Positions 37,009 through 47,118 of a stretch of DNA of 64,000 nt are shown piece by piece. A model generated the notes under the pieces. It was not told the origin of the DNA. It did no database searches and saw only the letters and a program-made list of their open reading frames with translations. The translations under genes were made by a program, and so were the position numbers. This stretch comes from a virus (taxonomy: Duplodnaviria > Caudoviricetes). The stretch spans positions 41,736-105,735 of the IMG/VR virus record IMGVR_UViG_3300028591_000011, one strand, 5' to 3'. Within the stretch, counting starts at the first letter, position 1. The number at the start of each line of letters is the position of its first letter.

Positions 37009-37926
37009 CTATGCTGCTTTTGGTAGTATTATCCTACCAGTTTTTCTTTTGTGATCTCTCAAATTCGTACACACTAAGTTGTTACTCTTTTTGTGTACTT
37101 TATTTGTGATCTTTTGGGCTGTTTTTAGTAACTTTGACGTTTCTGGCTTTAGGCTGTTTACCCGATGTCCTTCTCCGTCTATATCTTTAATGTTTGCTAC
37201 TATTTTCTCTTCAAATTTGTGGTCGTCTATTTTGAATCGACCCGTAAGTGGTAACTTGTCATATATAGAGATAACGAAATCTCTTATACGTTCGGTTGCC
37301 GTCTCTCGCATTTGTTTCCATGGGATAAGATATTCGTTTTCGAACATATCTTGTTGCATTCCGTCTTCTTTTATCGGACACGGATTCTTTCTTTCCCACT
37401 TTGCTAACTTATGCTGTACAAGTTTTTCCCAGTACTCAACCTGGTTCATCTTCTTTTGAGTATAATCAGGATATTCTGACTTGTTGTCATACTTTTCTAA
37501 AGTTACATACAGTAGCTTATTACCAGCAATCCTTTCAAATACTGGTTTTAATCCACGCTTACGCTTTCTAAGACTTTTTGTCTGCTTTCCGTCTATAGGT
37601 TCCCAACTATGGTCTTGCATGTGGAACCTCATTCCAAGATTGTCAGGTTTATCAGATATACGTAAATATCTTCCATGCTGCCTTACTTCAAATGTTCCTC
37701 CGTCTGATTTAGGTAAAAATATAGTACCAAACCCTTCCTGTGCATATAGTTTATCTCTAAACTTTGTCACTTTTATAGGTTCGCTACCTTTATTATACTC
37801 AAAATCTACGAGTTCTGCCTTTCCAAACTTACGCTCGTGGTTCTTTTTATCGAACTGCTTAGAACGAGCTCTAAGGATCGCTACTTTTCTTCTACGAGCC
37901 TTAATACGAATGTTGCTATGTCCCAT
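37009..37926 (-). CDS. Highly basic hypothetical protein ending LPKAA
   Basis: 305-aa K/R-rich ORF with a TAG stop. Confidence 0.75.
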   Translation of the reverse strand: MGHSNIRIKARRRKVAILRARSKQFDKKNHERKFGKAELVDFEYNKGSEPIKVTKFRDKLYAQEGFGTIFLPKSDGGTFEVRQHGRYLRISDKPDNLGMRFHMQDHSWEPIDGKQTKSLRKRKRGLKPVFERIAGNKLLYVTLEKYDNKSEYPDYTQKKMNQVEYWEKLVQHKLAKWERKNPCPIKEDGMQQDMFENEYLIPWKQMRETATERIRDFVISIYDKLPLTGRFKIDDHKFEEKIVANIKDIDGEGHRVNSLKPETSKLLKTAQKITNKVHKKSNNLVCTNLRDHKRKTGRIILPKAA

Positions 37927-37951
37927 ATTACTTTATGTATTATGTTAAACA

Positions 37952-38695
37952 TCATGCAGCCTTCTTAAGTTGGTTAGACTTCTTCTTCTTGATCGCTACT
38001 GTCTCTGCTTTTTCACGTTTAGCGGTTATCAGACGGATTTTCTTCTGAAGTTTAGCAAACGCTTTTCCTCGATTTTTCTTTCGATTCTTTGCCGAATCTT
38101 TATTAGCCTTCTTTCTGGCAAGTTTTGCGGCAGCAGCAGCTTTCTTGTGCTCTGCCTTTGTCAGAGGTTTCTTTGCTTTCTTGGGAGGATCTTTTGCAGG
38201 CAAGACGGACGGCTGTTTCTCTGCATACGGATGTATCTTAGTCCCTTCTGGCATAAGCTCTCGTATCTTCTTCAAAAGCTCCTGATCTCCCTTTACGTAG
38301 AGATGGCTATCTGAAGACATCAACACTTCTATTTTGTTGTTCTTCAGCATTTCCATGATCATCTTCTTGTTCCCCTTCTGGAACAGTACTAATATCATGT
38401 ACTTCTTTGGTGCATCAAGCTGTTCGCACAACTTTTCAACTAATTTCTTTACGTGCTCTTCTGGAATTCCCATGCGTGCTGCTCTACGCTTCAGTGCAGC
38501 TATACGGAATTCACGATATTGCTTCTCTCGAGCTTCACGTCGCTTCTTCTTATCGACTAAGTTCTTCACTTTGCCTGTTGGCACGTTTGTCTTCTCAACA
38601 GTGTTAAGCTTCTTATAAACGAACGGGTGCTTATTTTCTGACTTAGGAGTCTGACCCTTCTGGGCAGTGTCTACCTTATAATTCTTTCTACTCAT
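37952..38695 (-). CDS. Highly basic hypothetical protein ending LKKAA
   Basis: 247-aa Lys-rich ORF with ATTATCAAA leader. Confidence 0.75.
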   Translation of the reverse strand: MSRKNYKVDTAQKGQTPKSENKHPFVYKKLNTVEKTNVPTGKVKNLVDKKKRREAREKQYREFRIAALKRRAARMGIPEEHVKKLVEKLCEQLDAPKKYMILVLFQKGNKKMIMEMLKNNKIEVLMSSDSHLYVKGDQELLKKIRELMPEGTKIHPYAEKQPSVLPAKDPPKKAKKPLTKAEHKKAAAAAKLARKKANKDSAKNRKKNRGKAFAKLQKKIRLITAKREKAETVAIKKKKSNQLKKAA

Positions 38696-38720
38696 TTTGA
38701 TAATGTTTTTAGATTGTTAA

Positions 38721-38828
38721 TTACTTGCGGTTCTTACATTTCAACATTCGAACCGCGTTTTCGTACTCTCGTTGTTCGTGAATGAGCTGCTTTGCACGCT
38801 CTTTCACGAATTTTTCAAAGTTGTCCAT
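38721..38828 (-). CDS. Small hypothetical protein (35 aa)
   Basis: MDNFEKFVKERAKQLIHEQREYENAVRMLKCKNRK fills the intergenic gap. Confidence 0.45.
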   Translation of the reverse strand: MDNFEKFVKERAKQLIHEQREYENAVRMLKCKNRK

Positions 38829-38889
38829 GTGGTTAGGAGAGGCATCGACCCTCACTAAAAGTCCTTATTACACTCTAACCTGTATATTA

Positions 38890-39432
38890 TTACGCAGCAA
38901 GATACTCCTTGATGTCCGAAATATTGTCAGACAACTCAATAGAAGACTCATTATTAAACTTCTCGAGCGCTGCATCATACTTATTTGCAGCGAGCTGCTG
39001 ATCATGAATCAGCTGTGCAATCTTAGCACTCGTAAACGTTTCCTTTTTACCAGTACCATTTGCACCCTTCTTTGCCTTCTGTGTAGGATTAATAGTAGGA
39101 ATCATCTTCAACAGAGTAATATCCTCCTTTGCCTCACATGCCGCAAAGATTGCGTAATAATTGGTTTTCTTAAATTTATCATAATCAAACGATGTAATAC
39201 CAATATTCAAATACTGGAGCATACCCTTGATTATAATACGCTTGTTTCGAAGCTGCTGTATCAGATTATACAGAGCCTTAAGATCCTTACCGGAACCAAG
39301 ACCAGCTTTAATAGCCTTAGTCGATATCACATTCTCACCACGAATAATGTGGCTATACTTAGTTATCTCAGCATCAATATTCTTCTTGATACTAATGATG
39401 TTACTTGCATTCAACTTTATTGATTTAGTCAT
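38890..39432 (-). CDS. Hypothetical protein ending YLAA
   Basis: 180-aa ORF. Confidence 0.75.
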   Translation of the reverse strand: MTKSIKLNASNIISIKKNIDAEITKYSHIIRGENVISTKAIKAGLGSGKDLKALYNLIQQLRNKRIIIKGMLQYLNIGITSFDYDKFKKTNYYAIFAACEAKEDITLLKMIPTINPTQKAKKGANGTGKKETFTSAKIAQLIHDQQLAANKYDAALEKFNNESSIELSDNISDIKEYLAA

Positions 39433-39698
39433 ATTCTATTGATTTAAGTTAGACATGTTAATTAGTTGAATTCGAACATCACTTACCAGTAATCTATGGC
39501 GGAATCACACCCCCATAAATTTAAAAGTATAGCGTATAGAGTACATGGCCCCTCGCAAAGTTCCTACTCTATACGCTATAATGTCTCTGGATATAAATTT
39601 TTCGTTTCAGTTACTTTCTTAGTTTATTCTAGCGCAGCTAACAATGTGTCACATCCCGCAGGCTGACACAAACCCCCGCAGAGGTTCGACTTAACCGC

Positions 39699-40304
39699 CT
39701 ATCGTCCACCAATCCAGCGAACATCTACTACTTCAAATACATCACCAACTGAGTCTACGACTCGAACTGTTGTCGGCTGACGTTTCCGTCGTGGTTCAAC
39801 AGTTACTTCTACTTCGTCGGCATACGGCGCCTCATTACGGCGGCTACGGACACGGTTGTTTATATCCTTATCCATACCCTGAGACTTCCAATATCCGTCT
39901 GAAGTTAAATGTTGACAAACGTCAAAGAATCTATGGAGAATCTTGGTATCCTTATTGTGGATACCGTTCAAGAGCGTCTCCCGAGAGAGACCTTCTAGTA
40001 CAGCTTCATGCGCAGGCATTCCTGCTGTCATCTCCACCAGTGCGTCCCACACCTTGATGTAGAAATCATCAAATGTGATATGGTCACAGCACTTAATCAA
40101 ATTATTCATGAAGCCTCCGAAACCACCCCAGCTGTACTTTCCAAAGCGTATACGTTGAAGCTGCTCATTGACTTCAATCTTCTTATAGTCGCGAGCCTCT
40201 GGTTTAAGGCTCATCGTTACTTTCTGTTGGATTTTAGGTTCTTCCAGCAACAATGAGATCATTCGAGAAGCCGACGCCTTTTTATCAACGTCGTACTGTT
40301 CCAT
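39699..40304 (-). CDS. Hypothetical protein
   Basis: 201-aa ORF with a TAG stop. Confidence 0.7.
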   Translation of the reverse strand: MEQYDVDKKASASRMISLLLEEPKIQQKVTMSLKPEARDYKKIEVNEQLQRIRFGKYSWGGFGGFMNNLIKCCDHITFDDFYIKVWDALVEMTAGMPAHEAVLEGLSRETLLNGIHNKDTKILHRFFDVCQHLTSDGYWKSQGMDKDINNRVRSRRNEAPYADEVEVTVEPRRKRQPTTVRVVDSVGDVFEVVDVRWIGGR

Positions 40305-40316
40305 ATGTGCCTACTA

Positions 40317-40919
40317 TTAGACAATAACTGTAACAGAATTGCCCTCCTTCACGTCGATAGGCTGCTTGAACTTCTCAACCTGAGCAAGGTACTCGTCTAC
40401 CTTCTTCTTGTTAGAGGCGATAGCAGACTGTATGGAATCCTTAATTGCATTCCAATACTTAATCTGCTCGTTTACGCGATCCAGTTCACACTGATTAATC
40501 GCGTTAGCTTTCGTACAAATCTTCACACCGTTAGCGAAGACACGGCTCTGTCCCTGAAGGGCATCCTTCATGGCCTCATCGGTGGCCTGACCAAATGTCA
40601 CATCACCAGCAACCACAGTTGCTTGAGCGGAGTCATCGGTATCGGGATTGAACACTACGACACGGTTACCCTCCATGTCAGTCTTAAACTGCTGGGTAAT
40701 TACGCTATGATCCTTAATGTGGATCACACGAGGACTACGATTGGCAAGGAACTCCGGACTTGTGGGGTTTGCCAAAAGATTCTGCTTCTTCTTTTCGTAC
40801 TGCTGATCGATGTCCTTAGACTCGATAGTATAGAACTTTGCTCCAGTTGGGAGCATTCGGCTAATGTTCATTACCTGACCACGTACAGGGTCAAGTATGT
40901 TTTCAATTTCTTTATTCAT
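40317..40919 (-). CDS. Hypothetical coiled-coil protein
   Basis: 200-aa ORF with strongly biased codon usage. Confidence 0.75.
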   Translation of the reverse strand: MNKEIENILDPVRGQVMNISRMLPTGAKFYTIESKDIDQQYEKKKQNLLANPTSPEFLANRSPRVIHIKDHSVITQQFKTDMEGNRVVVFNPDTDDSAQATVVAGDVTFGQATDEAMKDALQGQSRVFANGVKICTKANAINQCELDRVNEQIKYWNAIKDSIQSAIASNKKKVDEYLAQVEKFKQPIDVKEGNSVTVIV

Positions 40920-40929
40920 TTCTAAATCC

Positions 40930-43085
40930 TTTTTGAAATCGTCTTTGATAAACCAACGATTTAGATTAAACTTTGCCCTCTCGGCTCGGGCGTTGCCGTA
41001 AAATATATAAATGTGGATGCTTACACAGTTTTTATTTCTTCAGTTGCTGTTCTAATGGGAAGCACGTTTTTCTCGATGATTAGTTATACTTCTATATTCC
41101 TCGGCCCAATACGTTTAGGTATGGCAAATGTGAAGCTCAACTCGTATAACGAGGATTCAACGGTAGAATCATCCATGCTCATCATCATCAAGATTTGTTA
41201 AAACTTTAAATGCTGAATGTGTATATCCAAATACTAAACCTGTTTTAAGCATAATGTTTATTTTTCGTGAAACATACAACATTCATCCGTCAAAGGCTCT
41301 TATATAGGCTCAGGAAGGCTCTGAAGAGAGTTCCAGTGCTGAGATGTTTGTTGTCGAATTTAGTTTTTACCCAGGGTTTCGCCTGGCCATAAGAGTCTGT
41401 GAATATTTCTTCTTTAGTGTATTTTTGAATCTTATTCACATAAATACTTCTGATTATTTTACAAGCCTAACAGCAGTATGAACGTGCTTGTTTCCTGTTT
41501 CAATAGCTCCATAACTATTGTTTTTACGTGAGGAGTACGTTTCATTATCGGACGGCCCTATGACGTATCTGTGCGTCGGCCCTACGGCTTTGTTTTTTAT
41601 CTTGGCAAGTGCTTGCCTCATTATTTATAGTGCACGAATACTGGAGGGATTCCACCTCATACGCTATAAGATTTATCACCCACTTTACCTTCTTTGTACA
41701 CACTCCGAGACAGGGAGTAGTAGTTCCTGCATACGATTATATCACTGCGTTTAATCAGTCGGTAAAGCTGCCTTGCATCGTTTGCGTATATTGCTTCATA
41801 GTTCGGACGCACCACTTAGATTTGCTGTCTAAGCTTCTGGCCTACTATCTTGCTACTTAATTCTCAGGAACGGTTGGCACTCGATTTCCAGACGTGAGGC
41901 GCTCACAAGCGTTACAAACGGAGCCTTTCTCTTCCCCAGCTGGCGACATCAATTTTTGTTTGACATGTTAATTATTATTTGGTTTCCTCTGTATTTATTT
42001 TCATATGACTATCTTGTTTAATAGAGTTATAATGACGCAATAGTATCTAGGCTTACTACTCCTCAGGGACTATTGTTTTGAATGTAACAATCTAAACATC
42101 ATATTATCTTCATACTTGGACGCCAGCGACTTATTAATATACTGGAATATATATTCTTCGGATCGACCAGCGTTAATCTTGTTATTTGTTTGGCTGTCAA
42201 GGAGCCATCTACTACATAGCATTTCCTCTTACATGTAGTTCAATTCTATAGCGAAACCTTGCTAAAGGGCTCTACTAAAGTCTTATCAGTCTTTGAACGC
42301 GGACTCTTAACGCGACGCACATATCCATGCGTTAGGTTTTACCCCTTATCTTCCTGCATCGAAGATCCAGTCATTTTACTTTTATATACCGCATAAACGA
42401 CTAAAGCCTGGCGGTCATCTTCAACATTCTTTCCTCAGTACCCCATCCCTGGACACTCTAAGGTGTTGCAGCCTTGCATATCACCAAACTACCATTTAAT
42501 ACTCTCATAAGTTCTTTTGCAAGACACTTTTTCGAATCGAACGGCAAGGGCTTCTTCAAGGACCGTAGTTACGGTACAGCGTAGATATTTTAAACCTTCT
42601 ACTAGGTATATGAACTCAGATAGTTTTCATCCCTCAATGCTGGTTTTGGAGACCAGTGACACTAGACTAAGCAAATGAAACATCAGTATAGCTTTTGGCC
42701 TACTATACTGTTCAACTCGTGTTACGTTATACAGAACCTCTATGTTTCTCTCGAAAGGCTGCATGTCCGATACGTATTCGTTTACAACTCGTGTGCGTCT
42801 TCCTTACTAATAACCCACACTTCATGAGTCTGGCAAAGCATAAAGAACTCTGCTGGTATTTATTAGTGTTAGGGTTGAATAAACGCTGACCCTACTTACT
42901 GCAAGCTTTTCTACCATGTAGTATGTCATGGAACTTACAGCATTTCATTCTACCTTTTGGTTAGTCTATGGAGATAGACATACATATTCTCGAATCAAGT
43001 TATACTATTTCGCACCTGGGCTAATGAGACCCATCTGAAATGTGCTGACCGGATTGCCTACGGCTGGAAAGCCGGTAAAGCAGTA
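40930..43085 (-). ncRNA. ~2.1-kb candidate large structured non-coding RNA region
   Basis: No credible ORF on the sense strand in either code; dense short hairpins and internal repeats. Strand inferred from the flanking genes. Confidence 0.55.
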
Positions 43086-43088
43086 TCT

Positions 43089-43574
43089 TTACCGACCTTC
43101 CTCCGCGGAGTGATTATCGTTTTCTGATGAATATACAACCTGACCGTCGACAGTCAAGCTGATGCTGCTTCGCTTAGAGTTCTGCAGCTCACCATGAGAT
43201 TGCTCCTCACGATCTCCAGAAATTTTGTTTTTAACAGCAATACCGTCCAGCTTCCCTGGAATGGGCATAGGACAGTATACAGTATCTGTCGTACTTCTAC
43301 GCTTCTGAACGTATACATACTTTGGTTTTACCTTGAACACAGTATCCCGTAGTACTACTGTGTCCGTTTTCATACTCTCTGTACTCGTGCCCTGACTACT
43401 CTGAGTCACGAGCGGCATCCCTACGTTCTGCAATCCCTGTAAGGGCTGCAAATGCATGGGCGGGGATGCGATTGCTACCTGATGGCCTGGGAACACTGGT
43501 GCGTCCATGAGAGCCATAAAAGCTCCACATACCATAAATATAAGGCAGCAAACAACTGTTGTAAAACGTTTCAT
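43089..43574 (-). CDS. Signal-anchored/secreted hypothetical protein
   Basis: MKRFTTVVCCLIFMVCGAFMAL N-terminus; DTVVLRDTV motif common in Bacteroidota exported proteins. Confidence 0.65.
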   Translation of the reverse strand: MKRFTTVVCCLIFMVCGAFMALMDAPVFPGHQVAIASPPMHLQPLQGLQNVGMPLVTQSSQGTSTESMKTDTVVLRDTVFKVKPKYVYVQKRRSTTDTVYCPMPIPGKLDGIAVKNKISGDREEQSHGELQNSKRSSISLTVDGQVVYSSENDNHSAEEGR

Positions 43575-43667
43575 ACTTTGATAGTATTTATTCGCCGTAT
43601 AGCCATTTGTCGAAGGCATTATGGATGCGGTTTACCAACCTGCGAATAACGTTAGTTGGCTCCGCTT

Positions 43668-45035
43668 CTATTTTTTTCCTTCTTCAGGCTTTACTTCAAC
43701 GAGTTCGACCAAGTTACCTTCTCCGTACATGGCCAGCTGCGATGCGGGATCGCGGAACAGGTTGATGATAATTCCAGCATACTGCTTGAAATTGTTTTCA
43801 ACACACTCGGCCTCGTACTTCGACATATCCTGATTAGGATACATCGTCTTGAGAATAGAGTCAACAATGTTTACAACAATGTTGTGCTCCTCGTGATTCT
43901 CATCGTTGTATATCTCAACAATGTTGTCCACTATCTCGGCTGACGGATTTGTCACAATGGCAATGATGTCATTTGCGTACTCAATATCAGCCTTCTTGTT
44001 CTTGATATTCTCGTTGATTGTGGCGATTGCTTCAGCGTTCTTCTTCTCGTCCAACTTCTTGAGCTGACGCTCCTCCTGAGCAATTGTGGCGTTAGCCTCA
44101 TTGATCAGAGCCTCTGCTGACCAGATCACATACGTGCGACAGATAGCAGCGATAAGTCCAGGCGTGGCTTCCATATCGCCAGTCTTCCGGTTGCGACCTG
44201 AGCGATACAAGGTGCAATAAGCATCAATCGGCGTACTGGACTTTGCCACAAGATCGCGTAAGTACTTAGCGATTCCGCTATCCTTATAAGGACAATTCCC
44301 AATAAGGCTTTTGATGTCGCTGAGAAGGTCGATGTCAGTCATTTCCTCAATCTTCTTGAGTTCCTCCTCGTTATCCTTCACCTGAAGTTTCAGGTAAGCA
44401 CGATAGAAGTTAATTGCCTTCTTTGCGCGTGCAACCGGACGATCACCCTTTACAAAGATGTTGATCAAAGCGGCCTTAAGACCAGCTTCGTCTTTCACAT
44501 CCGTAGGTGTCTCTGCGGGCTTAGATCTGACTACCTTCTGCTCTTCTGCAATCTTCTGCTGAGCCTTCTTGTCAATGTCCTTCTTAGACACTGTAACGAC
44601 CACCTTATTCTCGGGCGACTCGTTTTCGAGACCTGCAGCCTTCATCTGCTCCTTAGTAGGCGCAGGAAGAAGCGCTAACGCTGGCAACTCGATGTCATAC
44701 ATCTTAGCTGCAAGCTGAAGAGCTGCATATGCCTTGGGGCTCTTCTCTACGATCTGGTGGATTACTGTATCGCTATTCACAGCCTCTTCTGCGAAGATGG
44801 CGATTCCCAGAATATCCGTCATTACGTTCATACCACTCAGGAACTGCGGAGAACTTTTCAGATCTTCAGGAATATTTTTAGAATAACGATCGTGATACGT
44901 TGCAAACAGCGTGACTTTTGCATCAGGTGATAAGCCTGCCATCTTTGCTGTTGCAGGATTTATTACTGTCGATGTAGCAGGCTGTGCTTCTTCGACTATT
45001 GGTGCCTCTACTACAGGCTTTTCTGTTTTCTTCAT
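43668..45035 (-). CDS. Hypothetical helical protein (455 aa)
   Basis: Long ORF with ATTATCAAA leader and highly-expressed-type codon bias. Confidence 0.8.
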   Translation of the reverse strand: MKKTEKPVVEAPIVEEAQPATSTVINPATAKMAGLSPDAKVTLFATYHDRYSKNIPEDLKSSPQFLSGMNVMTDILGIAIFAEEAVNSDTVIHQIVEKSPKAYAALQLAAKMYDIELPALALLPAPTKEQMKAAGLENESPENKVVVTVSKKDIDKKAQQKIAEEQKVVRSKPAETPTDVKDEAGLKAALINIFVKGDRPVARAKKAINFYRAYLKLQVKDNEEELKKIEEMTDIDLLSDIKSLIGNCPYKDSGIAKYLRDLVAKSSTPIDAYCTLYRSGRNRKTGDMEATPGLIAAICRTYVIWSAEALINEANATIAQEERQLKKLDEKKNAEAIATINENIKNKKADIEYANDIIAIVTNPSAEIVDNIVEIYNDENHEEHNIVVNIVDSILKTMYPNQDMSKYEAECVENNFKQYAGIIINLFRDPASQLAMYGEGNLVELVEVKPEEGKK

Positions 45036-45108
45036 TTTGATAATGATTTTGTGGGTTAATAACTAATGTTGTCTTTTGTCTTTTGGGTCAATAATGTTTA
45101 TTCTTCTT

Positions 45109-45498
45109 TCATGAAGTATCAAACATTATTGTATCCACTGGTTGATCGCGTGCTCCCCGACCAACCCCACTCAGATCAGGATTGTTAATCTTGCTAGCTG
45201 TATCCTTACCTGCAGGGACAGAAGAATACTCTTCTACGGTGACCAAACCAGATAAGTCTGCCAAACTACAAAGTATGTAGGACTTACTGGCAGGTGCCTG
45301 CATGGGCTTGCTAGTGATAACAACTTCCTTGGTCTGCTTCTTTTCGCTACTTAATGCATTTATTGCAATAGTAGCTGCTCCATATGTACCAATGAAGGAG
45401 ATAAGGAGCTGCCAGAATAACTTCTCATTCTCATTGTAGCGAGCTACAAGAGTAATAATCAGTAAACCGACAAGAAAGAATGAAATCGTCGTTACCAT
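45109..45498 (-). CDS. Membrane protein (2 TM) downstream of the ECF sigma; possible anti-sigma
   Basis: Two N-terminal hydrophobic helices; adjacent to the sigma gene. Confidence 0.6.
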   Translation of the reverse strand: MVTTISFFLVGLLIITLVARYNENEKLFWQLLISFIGTYGAATIAINALSSEKKQTKEVVITSKPMQAPASKSYILCSLADLSGLVTVEEYSSVPAGKDTASKINNPDLSGVGRGARDQPVDTIMFDTS

Positions 45499-45503
45499 TG
45501 TTG

Positions 45504-46064
45504 TTAAACTTTTAGTTGTTTTTTAAGTTTGCGTCTTGTACGCGCTAATCTGGCTTTTATTGTACCAGTGGGCATCTTTAACGCTTTACTAATCTCTTCT
45601 ACTGTCATACTATTCTCATAGAACAGTTCGAATACCTTACGAGTGGATTCTGGTAGTTCATTAAATTGATACAGAAGCTGTTCGTATGTCATCCGGTTGA
45701 CAAGGTCGTTTTCATACGATTCACTTATCAATGAAGGTGCTTGTCTAACATCTTTATCGTTAAGAGTTCCTGCATCATGTTTAATTGATCTGAGATAGTC
45801 TACAGCAGTTCGATTAGTTATTATTCTTAACCATCCTCCAAAGGAGTCGTAAGTTTTGAATGTCGAGAGGTTTTCATACACTTTTAAGAATACTTCATTA
45901 GCTACAAATTTAGCTTCATCTGTATCTTTTAAATATCCTTTAAGGATTCCTTCTACAAATGGTTTATACTTGTAGAATAGTGTATTAAAGGCTTTAATGT
46001 CACCGCCTTGTGCTCTTTTGATAAGTGCTATTTCCTTTTTTGTAATTTTAGGTACAGCTTCCAT
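45504..46064 (-). CDS. ECF-type RNA polymerase sigma-70 factor
   Basis: GDIKAFNTLF, EVFLKVY, SFGGWLRIITNRTAVDYLR (region 2); LPESTRKVFEL, EEISKALKMPTGTIKARLARTR (region 4). Confidence 0.92.
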   Translation of the reverse strand: MEAVPKITKKEIALIKRAQGGDIKAFNTLFYKYKPFVEGILKGYLKDTDEAKFVANEVFLKVYENLSTFKTYDSFGGWLRIITNRTAVDYLRSIKHDAGTLNDKDVRQAPSLISESYENDLVNRMTYEQLLYQFNELPESTRKVFELFYENSMTVEEISKALKMPTGTIKARLARTRRKLKKQLKV

Positions 46065-46161
46065 ATCAAACAAATTTAACCGGTTATTAAGGTGTCACTC
46101 CTGTAACAGACGGCGCTGTTTGTGGGCTGCCGGAATACCAATCCGGATTAGGTTGTCAGCC

Positions 46162-46596
46162 CTAGAACGGTAAATCTTCTGTACTAATTTCGTAGTGCAG
46201 ATTCAATACGTTCTTTGTAAGATTTGAATGTAGAATATAATACTTATCGGCTTGCAATCTTCCGCTTTCTTTCAATTTTGTAAGCATACTACATATTATA
46301 CGCAAATGTACACCTACAGTTTTATAAGATATTTTTCCTAATTTTAAAAGAATATTGTGATTTGCCCAACGAACTACTCTCATTAGCTCGTAATCATCAT
46401 GTATATATTCAAACAATTCTTCATCTTCTTCAGGATTTAGAACAAATAACCTAGTGCAATCTTCAATTCCCTTTACGCCTTGATTGTATGCGATACGCAA
46501 CTGGTTGAATATTTCACTTGGTGTACTTTGTTCCGTAAGATTCACGATCTTTGCCTCATTTAAAGGCTTTAAATAATCAAAAAATACACTAAACAT
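46162..46596 (-). CDS. Hypothetical protein with DLPF C-terminus
   Basis: 144-aa ORF; TAG stop directly after DLPF. Confidence 0.7.
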   Translation of the reverse strand: MFSVFFDYLKPLNEAKIVNLTEQSTPSEIFNQLRIAYNQGVKGIEDCTRLFVLNPEEDEELFEYIHDDYELMRVVRWANHNILLKLGKISYKTVGVHLRIICSMLTKLKESGRLQADKYYILHSNLTKNVLNLHYEISTEDLPF

Positions 46597-46601
46597 TATC
46601 T

Positions 46602-47102
46602 TTACTGAATATTACCTTCAAAACAGTCAATCAGAAAGTCTGCCAAGTTGTTCACGTATATGGTTTTATCTTTGATTTCTTCTTCCGAATCTGTTTTTTT
46701 CGGACAGAAATCAATCAACCATTTTTTCATCATTTCGAATTTACATTTTCGAATTGATTTTCCTGATGCAATAGAGACAGCATATGCATTTTCAATATAC
46801 ATATACTTAGATCTAAAGAAATCAACCCAAGAACATACATATTTCCAATAATGTACTTCTTCTGGAGTTAAATCCTTCCAACAAATTGTGTTATAGAAAT
46901 CAAAATGGTGACTATTTCCCTGTATACCAAGGATAAGTTTCGTTTGGTTTAATCGTTCTTTTTTAGAACTAAGCGGCCAAATTTGATTTTTATACACATA
47001 ATCTAACCATTTCTCTTTGGCTTTACACCATTTGAGAGCATAGCTGACAACCTTCGGACATCTATCTCGAAGCATTTGTCTATATCCAGTGTTTTTGTTC
47101 AT
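46602..47102 (-). CDS. Hypothetical protein
   Basis: 166-aa ORF. Confidence 0.7.
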   Translation of the reverse strand: MNKNTGYRQMLRDRCPKVVSYALKWCKAKEKWLDYVYKNQIWPLSSKKERLNQTKLILGIQGNSHHFDFYNTICWKDLTPEEVHYWKYVCSWVDFFRSKYMYIENAYAVSIASGKSIRKCKFEMMKKWLIDFCPKKTDSEEEIKDKTIYVNNLADFLIDCFEGNIQ

Positions 47103-47118
47103 ATTTTTGAAAATAAAG

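Noticed and set aside
42559-42574. Resemblance of CCGTAACTACGGTCCT to 23S rRNA helix 69
   Set aside because: Only 16 nt with a 3-nt loop deletion and no further rRNA similarity; may be chance unless conserved.
40930-43085. Group II intron, RNase P RNA or recoded CDS
   Set aside because: No convincing domain V or P4 signature; TAA/TGA stops remain frequent even when TAG is ignored; the plus-strand ORFs are short and antisense to the operon.
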